Below, one piece after another: positions 30,379 to 39,623 of a stretch of DNA of 64,000 nucleotides. Every line of letters starts with the position of its first letter. The first letter of the stretch is position 1. The stretch comes from Oscillospiraceae bacterium (lineage in GTDB: Bacteria > Bacillota > Clostridia > Oscillospirales > Oscillospiraceae). The stretch lies in the NCBI GenBank assembly GCA_017406005.1, contig JAFQZI010000035.1:35823-99822 (forward strand), in the 5' to 3' direction. The translations under genes were made by a program, and so were the position numbers. A model generated the notes under the pieces. That model searched no databases. It was not told where the DNA came from and saw only the letters and a list, made by a program, of their open reading frames with translations.

Positions 30379-30909
30379 ATGGATAATTCAAACGATATCA
30401 TCGAACTGCTGGACATTCTGTATGGAATGGTAAATGAAGCGTGGGGGGTTCCCCTCGGCAATGACAAGTGCATCATCGAACGCGAAAAAGCAATAGATAT
30501 CATCAATGATATTAAAGCCGCACTTCCGTCTTCCATTTCCGAATCCAAGCGCCTTGTTGCTGCGCGCGATGAATTCATCGGCAATGCCAAAAGGGAAGCT
30601 GAAGCGCTGAGGAAAAATGCCGAAGAGCAGGCTGCCCGCATGGTGGATGAACAGGAAATCGTCCGTGTGGCGAGAGAAAAAAGCGCACAAATGGTGGAGG
30701 AGGCCGAGAAGAAATCCGGTGAGCTCAAACGTATCGCCAGTCAGTATGTTGATGAGATCATCCGCCGTGCTGAATCTACCCTGAATGATGCTCTGACTAC
30801 CGTTCGTCAGACGCAGTCCGCCTTCCAGGGAACCAATCCGCTTGCTGCGGCTCCTACTGTACAGGAAGCGGAAGAACCTGAAGAAGAAGACGAGGAAGGG
30901 TGGGCCTGA
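30379..30909 (+). CDS. hypothetical coiled-coil protein with an acidic tail
   Basis: 176 aa, Glu/Ala/Arg-rich helical core, EEPEEEDEEGWA C-terminus. No catalytic motif recognised. Confidence 0.55.
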   Translation: MDNSNDIIELLDILYGMVNEAWGVPLGNDKCIIEREKAIDIINDIKAALPSSISESKRLVAARDEFIGNAKREAEALRKNAEEQAARMVDEQEIVRVAREKSAQMVEEAEKKSGELKRIASQYVDEIIRRAESTLNDALTTVRQTQSAFQGTNPLAAAPTVQEAEEPEEEDEEGWA

Positions 30910-30977
30910 GAGCACAATACAAGGTTTTGTGCTTTGTTACAAACATTGGCACCAAGTCCTGTACCGAAACAAAAAAC

Positions 30978-31000
30978 AGCGCCGAAAAGGCGCTTTTTTT
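30978..31000 (+). terminator. rho-independent terminator
   Basis: Stem AGCGCC/GGCGCT with loop GAAAA, followed by a T7 run. Confidence 0.7.
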
Positions 31001-31068
31001 GTTCCCAAAAACAATCGGAAAGGCGGAAATGTGGAATAAAAAAGACGAAAAAATACAAAAAGTTTCAC

Positions 31069-31097
31069 TTGCAATTTAAGGATACACCCCATATAAT
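31069..31097 (+). promoter_or_regulatory. candidate Pmra promoter
   Basis: TTGCAA, 17-nt spacer, TATAAT. Confidence 0.55.
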
Positions 31098-31098
31098 A

Positions 31099-31134
31099 GT
31101 GGTGGAAAATGGTTAAAAGTGGTGAAAAGTGGGG
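31099..31134 (+). promoter_or_regulatory. four 10-bp-phased direct repeats (GTGG/ATGG), candidate MraZ operator
   Basis: xTGG motifs start at 31099, 31109, 31119 and 31129 (GTGGTGGAAA ATGGTTAAAA GTGGTGAAAA GTGGGG), immediately downstream of the -10 box. Confidence 0.5.
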
Positions 31135-31143
31135 TATAGCAAA

Positions 31144-31560
31144 GTGACAGGGGAGTATAAACATTCATTAGACAGCAAGGGTCGTATCTTTATTCCTGCT
31201 CGCCTCAGGGAAGAATTGGGAGAAGTTTTTTATATCACCCTTTCGATGGACAGATGTCTCAATGCATACAGCAGTGCCAGCTGGCAGGAGCTGTCTGAAA
31301 GAGTCAGCGCAATGCCGTATGTAAACCAGAGAAAAATGCGTCCGTTGTTTGCATATGCGGCACGTTGTGAGCTCGATGCCCAGGGGCGTGCATTAATCCC
31401 TGCTCCCTTAAGAGAATATGCGGGATTGGACAAAAATGTTATTGTGATCGGCTGCAACAATCACGCAGAGCTTTGGGATCCTGAAGAATGGGAAAAAGTC
31501 TGCGGACTGGAAAAGAGTGCGGAAAACATTGCTGCCGTTATGCAGGAGCTCAGTTTCTGA
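31144..31560 (+). CDS. mraZ: division/cell wall cluster transcriptional regulator MraZ
   Basis: Duplicated SpoVT/AbrB-like halves with DSKGRIFIPARLRE and DAQGRALIPAPLRE. A GTG at 31144 gives the usual short N-terminus (MTGEY...). The ORF-track GTG at 31129 lies inside the operator repeats. Confidence 0.88.
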   Translation: MTGEYKHSLDSKGRIFIPARLREELGEVFYITLSMDRCLNAYSSASWQELSERVSAMPYVNQRKMRPLFAYAARCELDAQGRALIPAPLREYAGLDKNVIVIGCNNHAELWDPEEWEKVCGLEKSAENIAAVMQELSF

Positions 31561-32495
31561 TGGAAGATGCACTTCATGTTCCCGTCCTTCTGCAGGAATG
31601 TCTGGATGGGCTCGCAATCGACACCGATGGGGTATATTTGGATGGAACACTTGGCCTCGGCGGGCATTCTTTTGAAATCGCATCCCGTTTGACGAAGGGT
31701 CGGTTGATCTGTATCGATAAGGATGACTTTGCTCTGAAGCGTGCGTCCGAACGTCTGGCACCGTTTGCCGGCAGAGTTACGTTCGTCCATTCTGATTTTC
31801 GATATGCATCTTCCGTTGTCAGGGATCTCGGTGTCGGGAGTGTGAACGGCATGCTGTTTGATCTCGGGGCCTCCTCGCCTCAGCTGGATGACGCCGAACG
31901 TGGCTTTTCTTATATGCAGGATGCTCCCCTTGATATGCGTATGGACAGGACGTCTTCACTTACGGCTTACGATGTGGTAAATACGTATCCTGCAGAGGAT
32001 CTTGCACGGATTTTTTTCGAGTATGGAGAAGAAAAGTTCTCCCGGAAGATTGCAGCCGCTATCGAAAAGGTGAGAATGGCCCACCCTCTGGAGACTACTT
32101 CGGAACTTGTCAGTGTGATCAAGGGAGCCATGCCTGCTTCTGCCTTGAGGGAGAAACAGCATCCGGCCAAACGGTGTTTTCAGGCCATACGTATAGAAGT
32201 GAATGATGAGCTCGGTGCAGTGCGTGAAATGATGCGTACTGCACCGGATGCGCTTGCACCCGGCGGGCGTCTGTGTGTCATCAGTTTTCATTCCCTGGAA
32301 GACAGGATTGTGAAAACGGAAATACAGAAGCGGGAAAACGGCTGTACCTGCCCGCGGGAAGCACCGATCTGCACCTGCGGCTTTGTAAGGACGTTGCGCA
32401 GCGTCACGCGAAAACCGATTACCGCTTCGGAAGCAGAACTTAAATCCAATCCGCGCTCACGTAGCGCAAAACTAAGAATCGCAGAGCGGGTATAA
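31560..32495 (+). CDS. rsmH: 16S rRNA (cytosine1402-N4)-methyltransferase
   Basis: Motifs HVPVLL, DGTLGLGGHS and SFHSLEDR. The ATG overlaps the mraZ TGA by 1 nt. Confidence 0.93.
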   Translation: MEDALHVPVLLQECLDGLAIDTDGVYLDGTLGLGGHSFEIASRLTKGRLICIDKDDFALKRASERLAPFAGRVTFVHSDFRYASSVVRDLGVGSVNGMLFDLGASSPQLDDAERGFSYMQDAPLDMRMDRTSSLTAYDVVNTYPAEDLARIFFEYGEEKFSRKIAAAIEKVRMAHPLETTSELVSVIKGAMPASALREKQHPAKRCFQAIRIEVNDELGAVREMMRTAPDALAPGGRLCVISFHSLEDRIVKTEIQKRENGCTCPREAPICTCGFVRTLRSVTRKPITASEAELKSNPRSRSAKLRIAERV

Positions 32496-32504
32496 AAAGA
32501 GATC

Positions 32505-33959
32505 ATGAAACTCAAAGCCTTAACAGAAAACTTGACATTGCTCAAGAATACTGCTGATCCGGAAACTGAAATTGAGGGCATTGCATATGATTCCCGTTCC
32601 GTTCGGCAGGGCTACGTGTTTGTGGCAATCAGAGGTTTCCAGTCTGACGGCCATCGTTTTATCCCTGATGCCGTAAAAGCGGGTGCATCGGTTATTATTT
32701 GTGAAGAAGCCCCTGAGGATGGGGTTCCGTTCCTTCAGGTTGAAAACAGCCGCCTTGCCCTGGCTTTGATCAGTGTCGCATGGTATAGTGCTCCAGCCTG
32801 TGGAATGAAGCTCATCGGCGTGACGGGGACAAGCGGCAAAACCACGACGACGCATCTCATCAAGCATATTCTGGAAGTGGTTGTCGGTGCGAAAGTCGGT
32901 CTGGTAGGGACGAATGGGAACAGAATCGGCAGTGAGCTGATCCACACCGAATTCACTACACCGGAAAGTCTGGAGCTTCAGGGGCTGTTTCGCCGCATGG
33001 CGGACGAGGGATGCTCTTATGTGGTGATGGAAGTCTCATCCCATTCTCTTGCGCTTGAACGCGTCAGCGGAAACCTCTTTGATGTGGCTGCTTTTACAAA
33101 TCTAACGCAGGACCATCTTGATTTTCATAAGACGATGGAGGAATATGCCACTGCCAAACGTCGGCTCTTTTCTATGTGCAAAGCGGCCTGTATCAATCTG
33201 GATGACGCACATGCTTCCTGTATGATGGAAGGTATGTCCTGTCCGTGTTTGACGACTTCTGCTTTCGACCGCTCTGCGGATCTCTTTGCCGATCAGATTT
33301 CCCTCACGGCAGACGGAGTCTCTTTCACGGCCGTTTACAGAGAAGAGCGTGTTCCTGTCACGCTTGCTATTCCGGGGCTGTTTTCCGTTCATAATGCTCT
33401 TACGGCGCTTTCCGTCTGTATGCAGGCCGGCATCCCGCTTTCGGAGGCAGCTGCTGCTCTTGCTACGGCAAAGGGAGTTAAGGGCAGGGTGGAAACGGTG
33501 CCGACAGGGAAAGACTATACCATTATTATAGACTATTCTCATAAACCGGATGCACTGGAAAATGTGCTGAAAACGCTGCGCCCTGTTACACGCGGCCGCC
33601 TGATTACGCTTTTTGGTTGCGGCGGCGACAGGGATCGCCAAAAGCGTCCCATCATGGGGAGAGTTGCCGCAAAATTCTCCGATTTTGTGATTGTCACAAG
33701 CGATAATCCCCGTACAGAAGACCCGGATGCTATTATTTCGGAAATCGTGGAAGGCCTCCGCGACACTGCAACACCATACCATGTCTTGACTGACAGAATA
33801 GAAGCGATCCATTATGCTATTGACAACGCAGCCTCAGGTGATGTAATATTACTTGCCGGAAAAGGGCATGAAGACTATCAGATTGTCGGTCACGAGAAGC
33901 ATCATATGGATGAAAGGGAAATCGTTGCCGATTATCTGAAAGAAAAGAGCAGCTTATGA
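32505..33959 (+). CDS. murE: UDP-N-acetylmuramoyl-L-alanyl-D-glutamate--2,6-diaminopimelate ligase
   Basis: Mur ligase P-loop GVTGTSGKTT and the DNPR motif (TSDNPRTEDP) typical of meso-DAP-adding MurE. Confidence 0.93.
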   Translation: MKLKALTENLTLLKNTADPETEIEGIAYDSRSVRQGYVFVAIRGFQSDGHRFIPDAVKAGASVIICEEAPEDGVPFLQVENSRLALALISVAWYSAPACGMKLIGVTGTSGKTTTTHLIKHILEVVVGAKVGLVGTNGNRIGSELIHTEFTTPESLELQGLFRRMADEGCSYVVMEVSSHSLALERVSGNLFDVAAFTNLTQDHLDFHKTMEEYATAKRRLFSMCKAACINLDDAHASCMMEGMSCPCLTTSAFDRSADLFADQISLTADGVSFTAVYREERVPVTLAIPGLFSVHNALTALSVCMQAGIPLSEAAAALATAKGVKGRVETVPTGKDYTIIIDYSHKPDALENVLKTLRPVTRGRLITLFGCGGDRDRQKRPIMGRVAAKFSDFVIVTSDNPRTEDPDAIISEIVEGLRDTATPYHVLTDRIEAIHYAIDNAASGDVILLAGKGHEDYQIVGHEKHHMDEREIVADYLKEKSSL

Positions 33960-34963
33960 GTATCAGGCTTATTACAGCGTTTGTCATCGGAATTCTGTTT
34001 GCAACAGTCTTCGGGAAGTTCTACATTCCCTGGCTTCGGAAACAGAGAGCCGGGCAGGAAATCCGACAGGACGGTCCGAGCTGGCACAGTGCCAAGGCGG
34101 GCACGCCGACCATGGGTGGGGTTATGTTCATTCTTGCTTCCGCTCTCGGCATTTTGACCGTCGGTTTCGAAGACATGCTGCATGGCCGTTTTCTTCATCT
34201 CTTTGTGTTTCTTTTCGCACTGGTGTTCGGTGCAATCGGTTTTCTGGACGACTGGGAAAAGCTCAAAAAAAAGCAGAATCTCGGTCTTACCGCAAAAATG
34301 AAGTTCCTTCTCCAGCTTGGCGCGGCACTTCTCTTTGTCATCCTGATGGAACGTTTCCATATCATCAGCAGCCGGGTTTATCTTCCGTTCTTTAATGTGT
34401 ATTTTACCGTTCCCCGCTGGTTCTATTATGTTGCTTCTGCCTTTATCATCTGCGGAACCGTAAATGCGGTGAATATTACGGATGGAATTGACGGGCTGGC
34501 TGCAGGGACATCGCTTCCTGTTTTTCTCTTCTTTGTCACCATCGTTTTTATGACTGGGAAGTATGTGGAACTCGGTGTTTTCGCCTCTTCTCTGCTCGGT
34601 GGTCTTCTCGGTTTCCTGTTCTATAATTTTAATCCGGCGCAGGTATTTATGGGCGATACCGGATCCCTTTTTCTCGGCGGTGCGCTTGCAGCCATGGCAT
34701 TTGCGTACGATATGCCGCTCATTCTGGTTACGCTCGGGTTTGTCTTCCTGGTGGAGACACTTTCGGATATCATCCAGATCGTTTACTTCAAGCTGACACA
34801 CGGCAAACGCGTATTCAAGATGGCACCGTTCCATCATCACCTTGAAATGGGCGGCTGGACAGGAAAGAAATGGAGGGAAAAAGAACTCTTCTTTCTCTTT
34901 ACAGGGGTTTCGTTCCTCTTCGCCATCCTTTCCTTACTCGGTGTATCCGGCCGGGCATTCTGA
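33956..34963 (+). CDS. mraY: phospho-N-acetylmuramoyl-pentapeptide-transferase
   Basis: 335-aa polytopic protein with TPTMGG, NITDGIDGLA and HHHLE motifs. Confidence 0.95.
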   Translation: MSIRLITAFVIGILFATVFGKFYIPWLRKQRAGQEIRQDGPSWHSAKAGTPTMGGVMFILASALGILTVGFEDMLHGRFLHLFVFLFALVFGAIGFLDDWEKLKKKQNLGLTAKMKFLLQLGAALLFVILMERFHIISSRVYLPFFNVYFTVPRWFYYVASAFIICGTVNAVNITDGIDGLAAGTSLPVFLFFVTIVFMTGKYVELGVFASSLLGGLLGFLFYNFNPAQVFMGDTGSLFLGGALAAMAFAYDMPLILVTLGFVFLVETLSDIIQIVYFKLTHGKRVFKMAPFHHHLEMGGWTGKKWREKELFFLFTGVSFLFAILSLLGVSGRAF

Positions 34964-34974
34964 ACAGAAATGAC

Positions 34975-35001
34975 AAAACCTCCGGTTTCCCGGAGGTTTT
35001 T
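34975..35001 (+). terminator. rho-independent terminator after mraY
   Basis: Stem AAACCTCCGG/CCGGAGGTTT followed by a T-run. Confidence 0.75.
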
Positions 35002-35049
35002 GCATTAGTGTAAAACTATCCTAAATCGTAATTACTTAGTCCCAGCCAA

Positions 35050-35149
35050 CCCACTTTAATGAGCTCGCGACGGAGCACAAAATTGAGGTACAATGTTAAC
35101 TTCGCGAGCCATAGAATGCAGTTATTACGAAGCGCCTGATCAGTTACAT
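35050..35149 (+). repeat. structured intergenic element, copy A (core hairpin 35063-35109 plus right module)
   Basis: GCTCGCGACGGAGCACAAAATTGAGGTACAATGTTAACTTCGCGAGC, then ATAGAATGCAGTTATTACGAAGCGCCTGATCAGTTACAT. Homologous to the copies at 45939, 48194, 50472 and 53952. Confidence 0.85.
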
Positions 35150-36067
35150 TAATTCTATAAATGCTTTTGGAAGAAATCGAATCAGATCTGAAGGGGCAAG
35201 CGAATACTCTCCCGTTTCTTTACGGGCCAGATCTCCCGCCCGCCCGTGCAGCCATGCAGCACGGCGCACGGCAGATAGAGGCTCAAATCCCTGCGCCAAA
35301 AGAGCGCAGAGAATGCCGCAAAGGACATCGCCGCTGCCTCCTTTTGCCATTGCTGCATTTCCCATCGGATTTACGGAAACAGCATCTCCTTTGCAGATCA
35401 AAGTGCCGTGACCCTTCAGCAACAGGATAACATCCGGATGAATCTGCCCGAAGTGCAGAACCCCTGCCAGCCTGCCTTTTTCCAGAATTCCGCCGATTCT
35501 GCGAAATTCCCCCTCATGAGGCGTCAGGATCAGCTGCGTACGGCATACAGAAAAAAGATCCGGCATCCTGCCGAGAATGGTCAGTGCATCCGCGTCCAGA
35601 ACAAGCGGGCATTCTGCTCTTTTGATTACGGCAGCCAGAATCTCTGCGCTGCTGTTACCTGTTCCGAAGCCCGGCCCGATAACGCAGGCATTTGCACGCT
35701 TCAAAGCCGGGAGGATGATGTCAAGCGCTGCCGGCGAAGCACAGCCGGATTCGGAAGGAAGCGGCGTTACAACCGACCCGTCACAACGGGAGGCGACAAT
35801 CGTATAAATGTTGTCCGGAACCATCAGTGTTGTCAGCCCAGCTCCGCTTCTTTCGCAGGCGTTAGCTGCCAGCACCGGAGCACCGGAAAACCCGACAGAT
35901 CCTGCAACGATCAAAGCCCGGCCGTAGCTGTATTTGTGCGTATCGTTTTTCCGCGGGGGAAGTATAAGGTCTTCTTTTTCCGGCAGAAGTACTTTTACAT
36001 TTCCAGCGGAGTCCGTATCCCGGTCCGGATAAAGCGCTTTATATTTTTCTAAAGACAGGTTTTTCAT
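35144..36067 (-). CDS. ADP/ATP-dependent NAD(P)H-hydrate dehydratase (YjeF C-terminal type)
   Basis: Motifs HKYSYGRALIVAGS and GGSGDVLCG. Dehydratase domain only, with no epimerase domain. Confidence 0.85.
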   Translation of the reverse strand: MKNLSLEKYKALYPDRDTDSAGNVKVLLPEKEDLILPPRKNDTHKYSYGRALIVAGSVGFSGAPVLAANACERSGAGLTTLMVPDNIYTIVASRCDGSVVTPLPSESGCASPAALDIILPALKRANACVIGPGFGTGNSSAEILAAVIKRAECPLVLDADALTILGRMPDLFSVCRTQLILTPHEGEFRRIGGILEKGRLAGVLHFGQIHPDVILLLKGHGTLICKGDAVSVNPMGNAAMAKGGSGDVLCGILCALLAQGFEPLSAVRRAAWLHGRAGDLARKETGEYSLAPSDLIRFLPKAFIELM

Positions 36068-36870
36068 CCATCCGTACTCCGTGATGCCTGTTTAACATTT
36101 TCATCCTTATGCGCAGTGAGCTCAAAAGGAGTCGTAACGAGAAGCATATAGATTCCGAGAATAGCAACACTCGGTGCCTGATACAGCAGGGGATAAGGAA
36201 TCCAGCGGTAAAAAACCTCAAGCAGGAAGTTTCCTTCTGTTTCCACGGTGTAAAAGTAATTAGCATTTGCGTACACACCGGTAAAGCGCAAAAGCATATT
36301 GAAGCCGAAAAGGCATACCATAATCAGTACGGCAGTCAGGAGAGTACGCGGCAGATCACGGTATCTCGGGCGGTAGAGGCCGAAGGTGACGAGAGCCAGC
36401 CCTTCCATTACAATCATGAAATGTGTTCCAAAGTAGCCGATCATTCGAGGAAGGAAGATAGAATAACCGCTGAAGCCGGTTCCGGGCATTGCAAGTGCCA
36501 TGAGCCCTCCGAGCGGAGCACAGAAAAAACAGAAGCACATGATCGCTCTGTTTTTCTTCAGCACGGCAATCGGAATCAGGATCATATTGATGTTGCACAT
36601 ATGCAGCGGCAGCTCGCCCCACCAGTTAAATCCGCCGAATTCTGCCTTGATAATATTATAATCGCTGTCGAGAGAGAGTGCGTATTTATAGATAAAAAAC
36701 CCGACAAGTGTGATGAGGCAGGCCGTGACCAGCACGGTCTGCTTTGCTTTTTCGCTCTTCCCTTTCAGCAGCAGGCTCGCAGCTGTAAGAAGCAGCAGAA
36801 AGAGCGCAAACACAGCATTGAACAGCGTGTTAAACGGTCTCAGGATCCAGAAATCGGCAGACAGATCCAT
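36064..36870 (-). CDS. YwaF/TMEM164-like integral membrane protein (TIGR02206-like)
   Basis: Multi-pass membrane protein with an LPLHMCN motif. GGAGG RBS 10 nt upstream of the ATG at 36870. Confidence 0.55.
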   Translation of the reverse strand: MDLSADFWILRPFNTLFNAVFALFLLLLTAASLLLKGKSEKAKQTVLVTACLITLVGFFIYKYALSLDSDYNIIKAEFGGFNWWGELPLHMCNINMILIPIAVLKKNRAIMCFCFFCAPLGGLMALAMPGTGFSGYSIFLPRMIGYFGTHFMIVMEGLALVTFGLYRPRYRDLPRTLLTAVLIMVCLFGFNMLLRFTGVYANANYFYTVETEGNFLLEVFYRWIPYPLLYQAPSVAILGIYMLLVTTPFELTAHKDENVKQASRSTDG

Positions 36871-36983
36871 AATCCGATATCCTCCGAAAATACGATAAAA
36901 ATAATATATCACGGCCATTGCTTAAATTCAACATTCCATTTATAATAGTGCCATGAATACTCATTTCAGAGAGGAATGCAACT

Positions 36984-37643
36984 ATGCAGTATCGCTATGT
37001 ATTTTTTGATATGGACGGGACCCTTCTGGACACTCTTGACGATCTGCGGGATTCCGTCAACACCATATTGTCAAATTACGGCCTTCCCCCAATTACACGC
37101 TATGAAGCGGCGCATTTTCTCGGCAATGGAGCAAAGCATCTTGTGCACTGTTCCCTGAAGCAGCAGGTTTCACCTGAGCAGGAAGAAAAGATCCTTGAGG
37201 AATATAAAGTCTGGTATCAGGATCACTGCAGGATCAAAACCGCACCCTATCCCGGTGTGATGGATCTGCTTGCGCATCTGAAGGCAGCCGGCTGCCGTAT
37301 GGCAGTGGTTTCCAACAAGCCGGATCCTGCCGTCAGCGAACTCAATGAGTACTTTTTCGGTGATCTGATTGAAACAGCTATAGGGGAAAAAACAGGAATC
37401 CACCGCAAGCCCGCGCCGGATACCCTTCTGGAAGCCATGCGCCTGCTTGAAGCGGATCGGAAAGAGTGCGTCTATGTCGGTGATACGGAGGTCGACCTGC
37501 AGACAGCTGAGAATGCCGGTCTCAATTGTATCTGTGTTGCCTGGGGTTTTCGCAGTGTGGAAGAGCTTCAAACCGCCGGTGCCGATACGATCATCAATAC
37601 CGCCGACGAACTGGAGAAGCTGATCACAGGGGGTTCTTCTTGA
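36984..37643 (+). CDS. HAD-IA family hydrolase (phosphoglycolate phosphatase-like)
   Basis: Motif I FFDMDGTLLDT, motif II VSNK, motif III/IV K...GDTEVD. Confidence 0.8.
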   Translation: MQYRYVFFDMDGTLLDTLDDLRDSVNTILSNYGLPPITRYEAAHFLGNGAKHLVHCSLKQQVSPEQEEKILEEYKVWYQDHCRIKTAPYPGVMDLLAHLKAAGCRMAVVSNKPDPAVSELNEYFFGDLIETAIGEKTGIHRKPAPDTLLEAMRLLEADRKECVYVGDTEVDLQTAENAGLNCICVAWGFRSVEELQTAGADTIINTADELEKLITGGSS

Positions 37644-38334
37644 TTTGTGCCCATCTGCGCGGATAGTTTTCCGGTGTTTTCCGGATCTTCCGGACCAGCA
37701 GTGCACTGTGCTGGATCTCTGTCCCTGGAATGGTATAGAGAAAACATTTTTCCGTTTTCCCGCCGAGTGCCTTAATGGCCGGTTTGGCCTGTTCCAGCTC
37801 TTCTTCATAGGAAGGCCCTTTCATGGCGAGGAAAAGCCCTCCCTCTTTCACAAACGGCAGGCAGAGCTCTGCCAGCACATTGAGCCCCGCCACTGCGCGG
37901 GAAGTCACAACGTCCGCCGTTTCCCGGTAGTCTTTGGCGGCTTCCTCCGCACGCGCATGCACGCATTCCACGTTACCAAACCCGAGCATGCTGCAGGTTT
38001 CCCGCAGAAAGGCAATGCGCTTGTCCAGGCTGTCGAGCAGCATCAGATTCATTTCCGGGCAGGCAATCTTCAAAGACAGACCCGGAAACCCGGCACCCGT
38101 CCCGATATCATAGACGGTTTTGCCGCGCATTTCCGCAAAACACAGAAGAGCCGCACAGTCAAGAAAATGCAGCTGTGCAACCTCTGTTTCTCCGGTGATG
38201 GCCGTGAGGTTCATCACCCTGTTTTTTTCTTCCAGCGTATGAAAGTACAGACGGTAACGCGCAAGCGCTTCCTCCGTCAGTGGCAGGCCGAGCGTTTCAA
38301 AGCCGGTCTGCAGAACTTCTTCCAGCGTGTTCAC
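37624..38334 (-). CDS. rsmG: 16S rRNA (guanine527-N7)-methyltransferase
   Basis: GidB-type motifs DIGTGAGFPG and LLDSLDKR. Its 3' end overlaps the HAD gene by 20 nt in convergent orientation. Confidence 0.9.
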   Translation of the reverse strand: MNTLEEVLQTGFETLGLPLTEEALARYRLYFHTLEEKNRVMNLTAITGETEVAQLHFLDCAALLCFAEMRGKTVYDIGTGAGFPGLSLKIACPEMNLMLLDSLDKRIAFLRETCSMLGFGNVECVHARAEEAAKDYRETADVVTSRAVAGLNVLAELCLPFVKEGGLFLAMKGPSYEEELEQAKPAIKALGGKTEKCFLYTIPGTEIQHSALLVRKIRKTPENYPRRWAQIKKNPL

Positions 38335-38594
38335 GCTTCTTGTTCCGTTTTCGCCTTAATCTGCTTGAGTGCCTGTGCAAGCTGATCCGGGCAGGAGGTG
38401 CTTTTAAAACCGCAGCGGATGCCGTCCATCTTTTCAATGGCAGTGTCAAGGTCCATGCCTTGCACCAGGCGGGCTACGCCCTGGCCGTTGCCTGAGCACC
38501 CCCCGATAATACGCACATTCTTGATAATATTGCCCTCTGTCTCTATTTCCATCTGCTGGGAGCAGACACCTCTCGGCCTGTATGTGAATTCCAT
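38331..38594 (-). CDS. TSCPD-domain protein (TIGR03905-like)
   Basis: 87 aa with GGCSGNGQG and KSTSCPDQLA motifs. AAAGGAA RBS before the ATG at 38594. Confidence 0.75.
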   Translation of the reverse strand: MEFTYRPRGVCSQQMEIETEGNIIKNVRIIGGCSGNGQGVARLVQGMDLDTAIEKMDGIRCGFKSTSCPDQLAQALKQIKAKTEQEA

Positions 38595-38831
38595 AATCTG
38601 TTTCCTTTCGGATAATCCATATTTCTGCACACAGAATATACCATGGCGGTGCAATTCTTTCAACACGAAAGTTATTTTCCTTCTGTTTTCTTATTTCAGG
38701 CTCCTGCATTTCTGCCTGCCTGAATTCAAAGAAAATTCACTTTACAAACATGAGGAGTTATGTCATAATGCCATCAGCAGAACAACCTGTTAAAAACTTT
38801 TAAAACTATTAATGGAAAAGGAGAAGTTCTA

Positions 38832-39398
38832 ATGAAAAAATGGGTTTGCCCTGTATGCGGCTATGTTCACGAAGGCGATCAGCCGCCTGAGAAGTGCCCA
38901 GTCTGCAAGGTTCCCGGCAGCAAGTTCACGGAGGTCGTAGGAGAGATGACGTGGGCTGCTGAGCATGTTGTGGGTGTCGGCAAGCAGTTTGGGGAAGATG
39001 TTCCCGCTGAAGTGAAAGAGGAGATCATTGCAGGGCTGCGCTCCAATTTTGAAGGCGAGTGCTCCGAAGTCGGCATGTATCTCGCAATGGCACGTGTTGC
39101 CTTCCGTGAAGGCTATCCGGAAGTCGGCATGTACTGGGAGAAGGCCGGTCTGGAAGAGGCTGAGCATGCTGCCAAGTTCGCCGAACTCCTCGGCGAGGTT
39201 GTGACAGACAGTACGAAGAAGAATCTCCAGATGCGTGTTGATGCCGAAAACGGCGCCACCCAGGGAAAGACGGACCTTGCAAAGCTCTGCAAGAAGTACA
39301 ACCTCGACGCTCTGCATGACACCATTCATGAAATGGCTCGTGACGAAGCCCGCCACGGCAAGGCATTCAAGGGCCTCCTTGAAAGATATTTCAAGTAA
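38832..39398 (+). CDS. reverse rubrerythrin (N-terminal rubredoxin-like domain, C-terminal di-iron ferritin-like domain)
   Basis: CPVCGY...CPVCK at the N-terminus, followed by ExxH-type di-iron ligands ([25 protein letters not shown]). Confidence 0.85.
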   Translation: MKKWVCPVCGYVHEGDQPPEKCPVCKVPGSKFTEVVGEMTWAAEHVVGVGKQFGEDVPAEVKEEIIAGLRSNFEGECSEVGMYLAMARVAFREGYPEVGMYWEKAGLEEAEHAAKFAELLGEVVTDSTKKNLQMRVDAENGATQGKTDLAKLCKKYNLDALHDTIHEMARDEARHGKAFKGLLERYFK

Positions 39399-39439
39399 TT
39401 CCGATTTTTTATTTCATATCTGAGAAAGGAGCACTGAGA

Positions 39440-39574
39440 ATGGTATACGTTTGCAACGTCTGCGGCTGGGAATACGACGAAGACGAGCAGGGCACCAAGT
39501 GGGAAGATCTCCCTGATGATTTCGTCTGCGAAGTCTGCGGTGTCGGCAAGGAAGATTTCTCTCCCGCTGAATAA
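39440..39574 (+). CDS. rubredoxin (short, 44 aa). Not in the ORF track because it is under 60 aa.
   Basis: Hand translation gives [44 protein letters not shown]. It has two CxxCG knuckles, and AAGGAG lies 8 nt upstream. Confidence 0.85.
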   Translation: MVYVCNVCGWEYDEDEQGTKWEDLPDDFVCEVCGVGKEDFSPAE

Positions 39575-39590
39575 TAGCAAAATAAAAGAG

Positions 39591-39621
39591 CAGGGTGCCG
39601 GTTTTCCGACACCCTGTTTTT
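39591..39621. terminator. bidirectional terminator between rubredoxin and cls
   Basis: Stem CAGGGTG/CACCCTG, flanked by an A-run upstream and TTTTT downstream. Confidence 0.65.
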
Positions 39622-39623
39622 CA

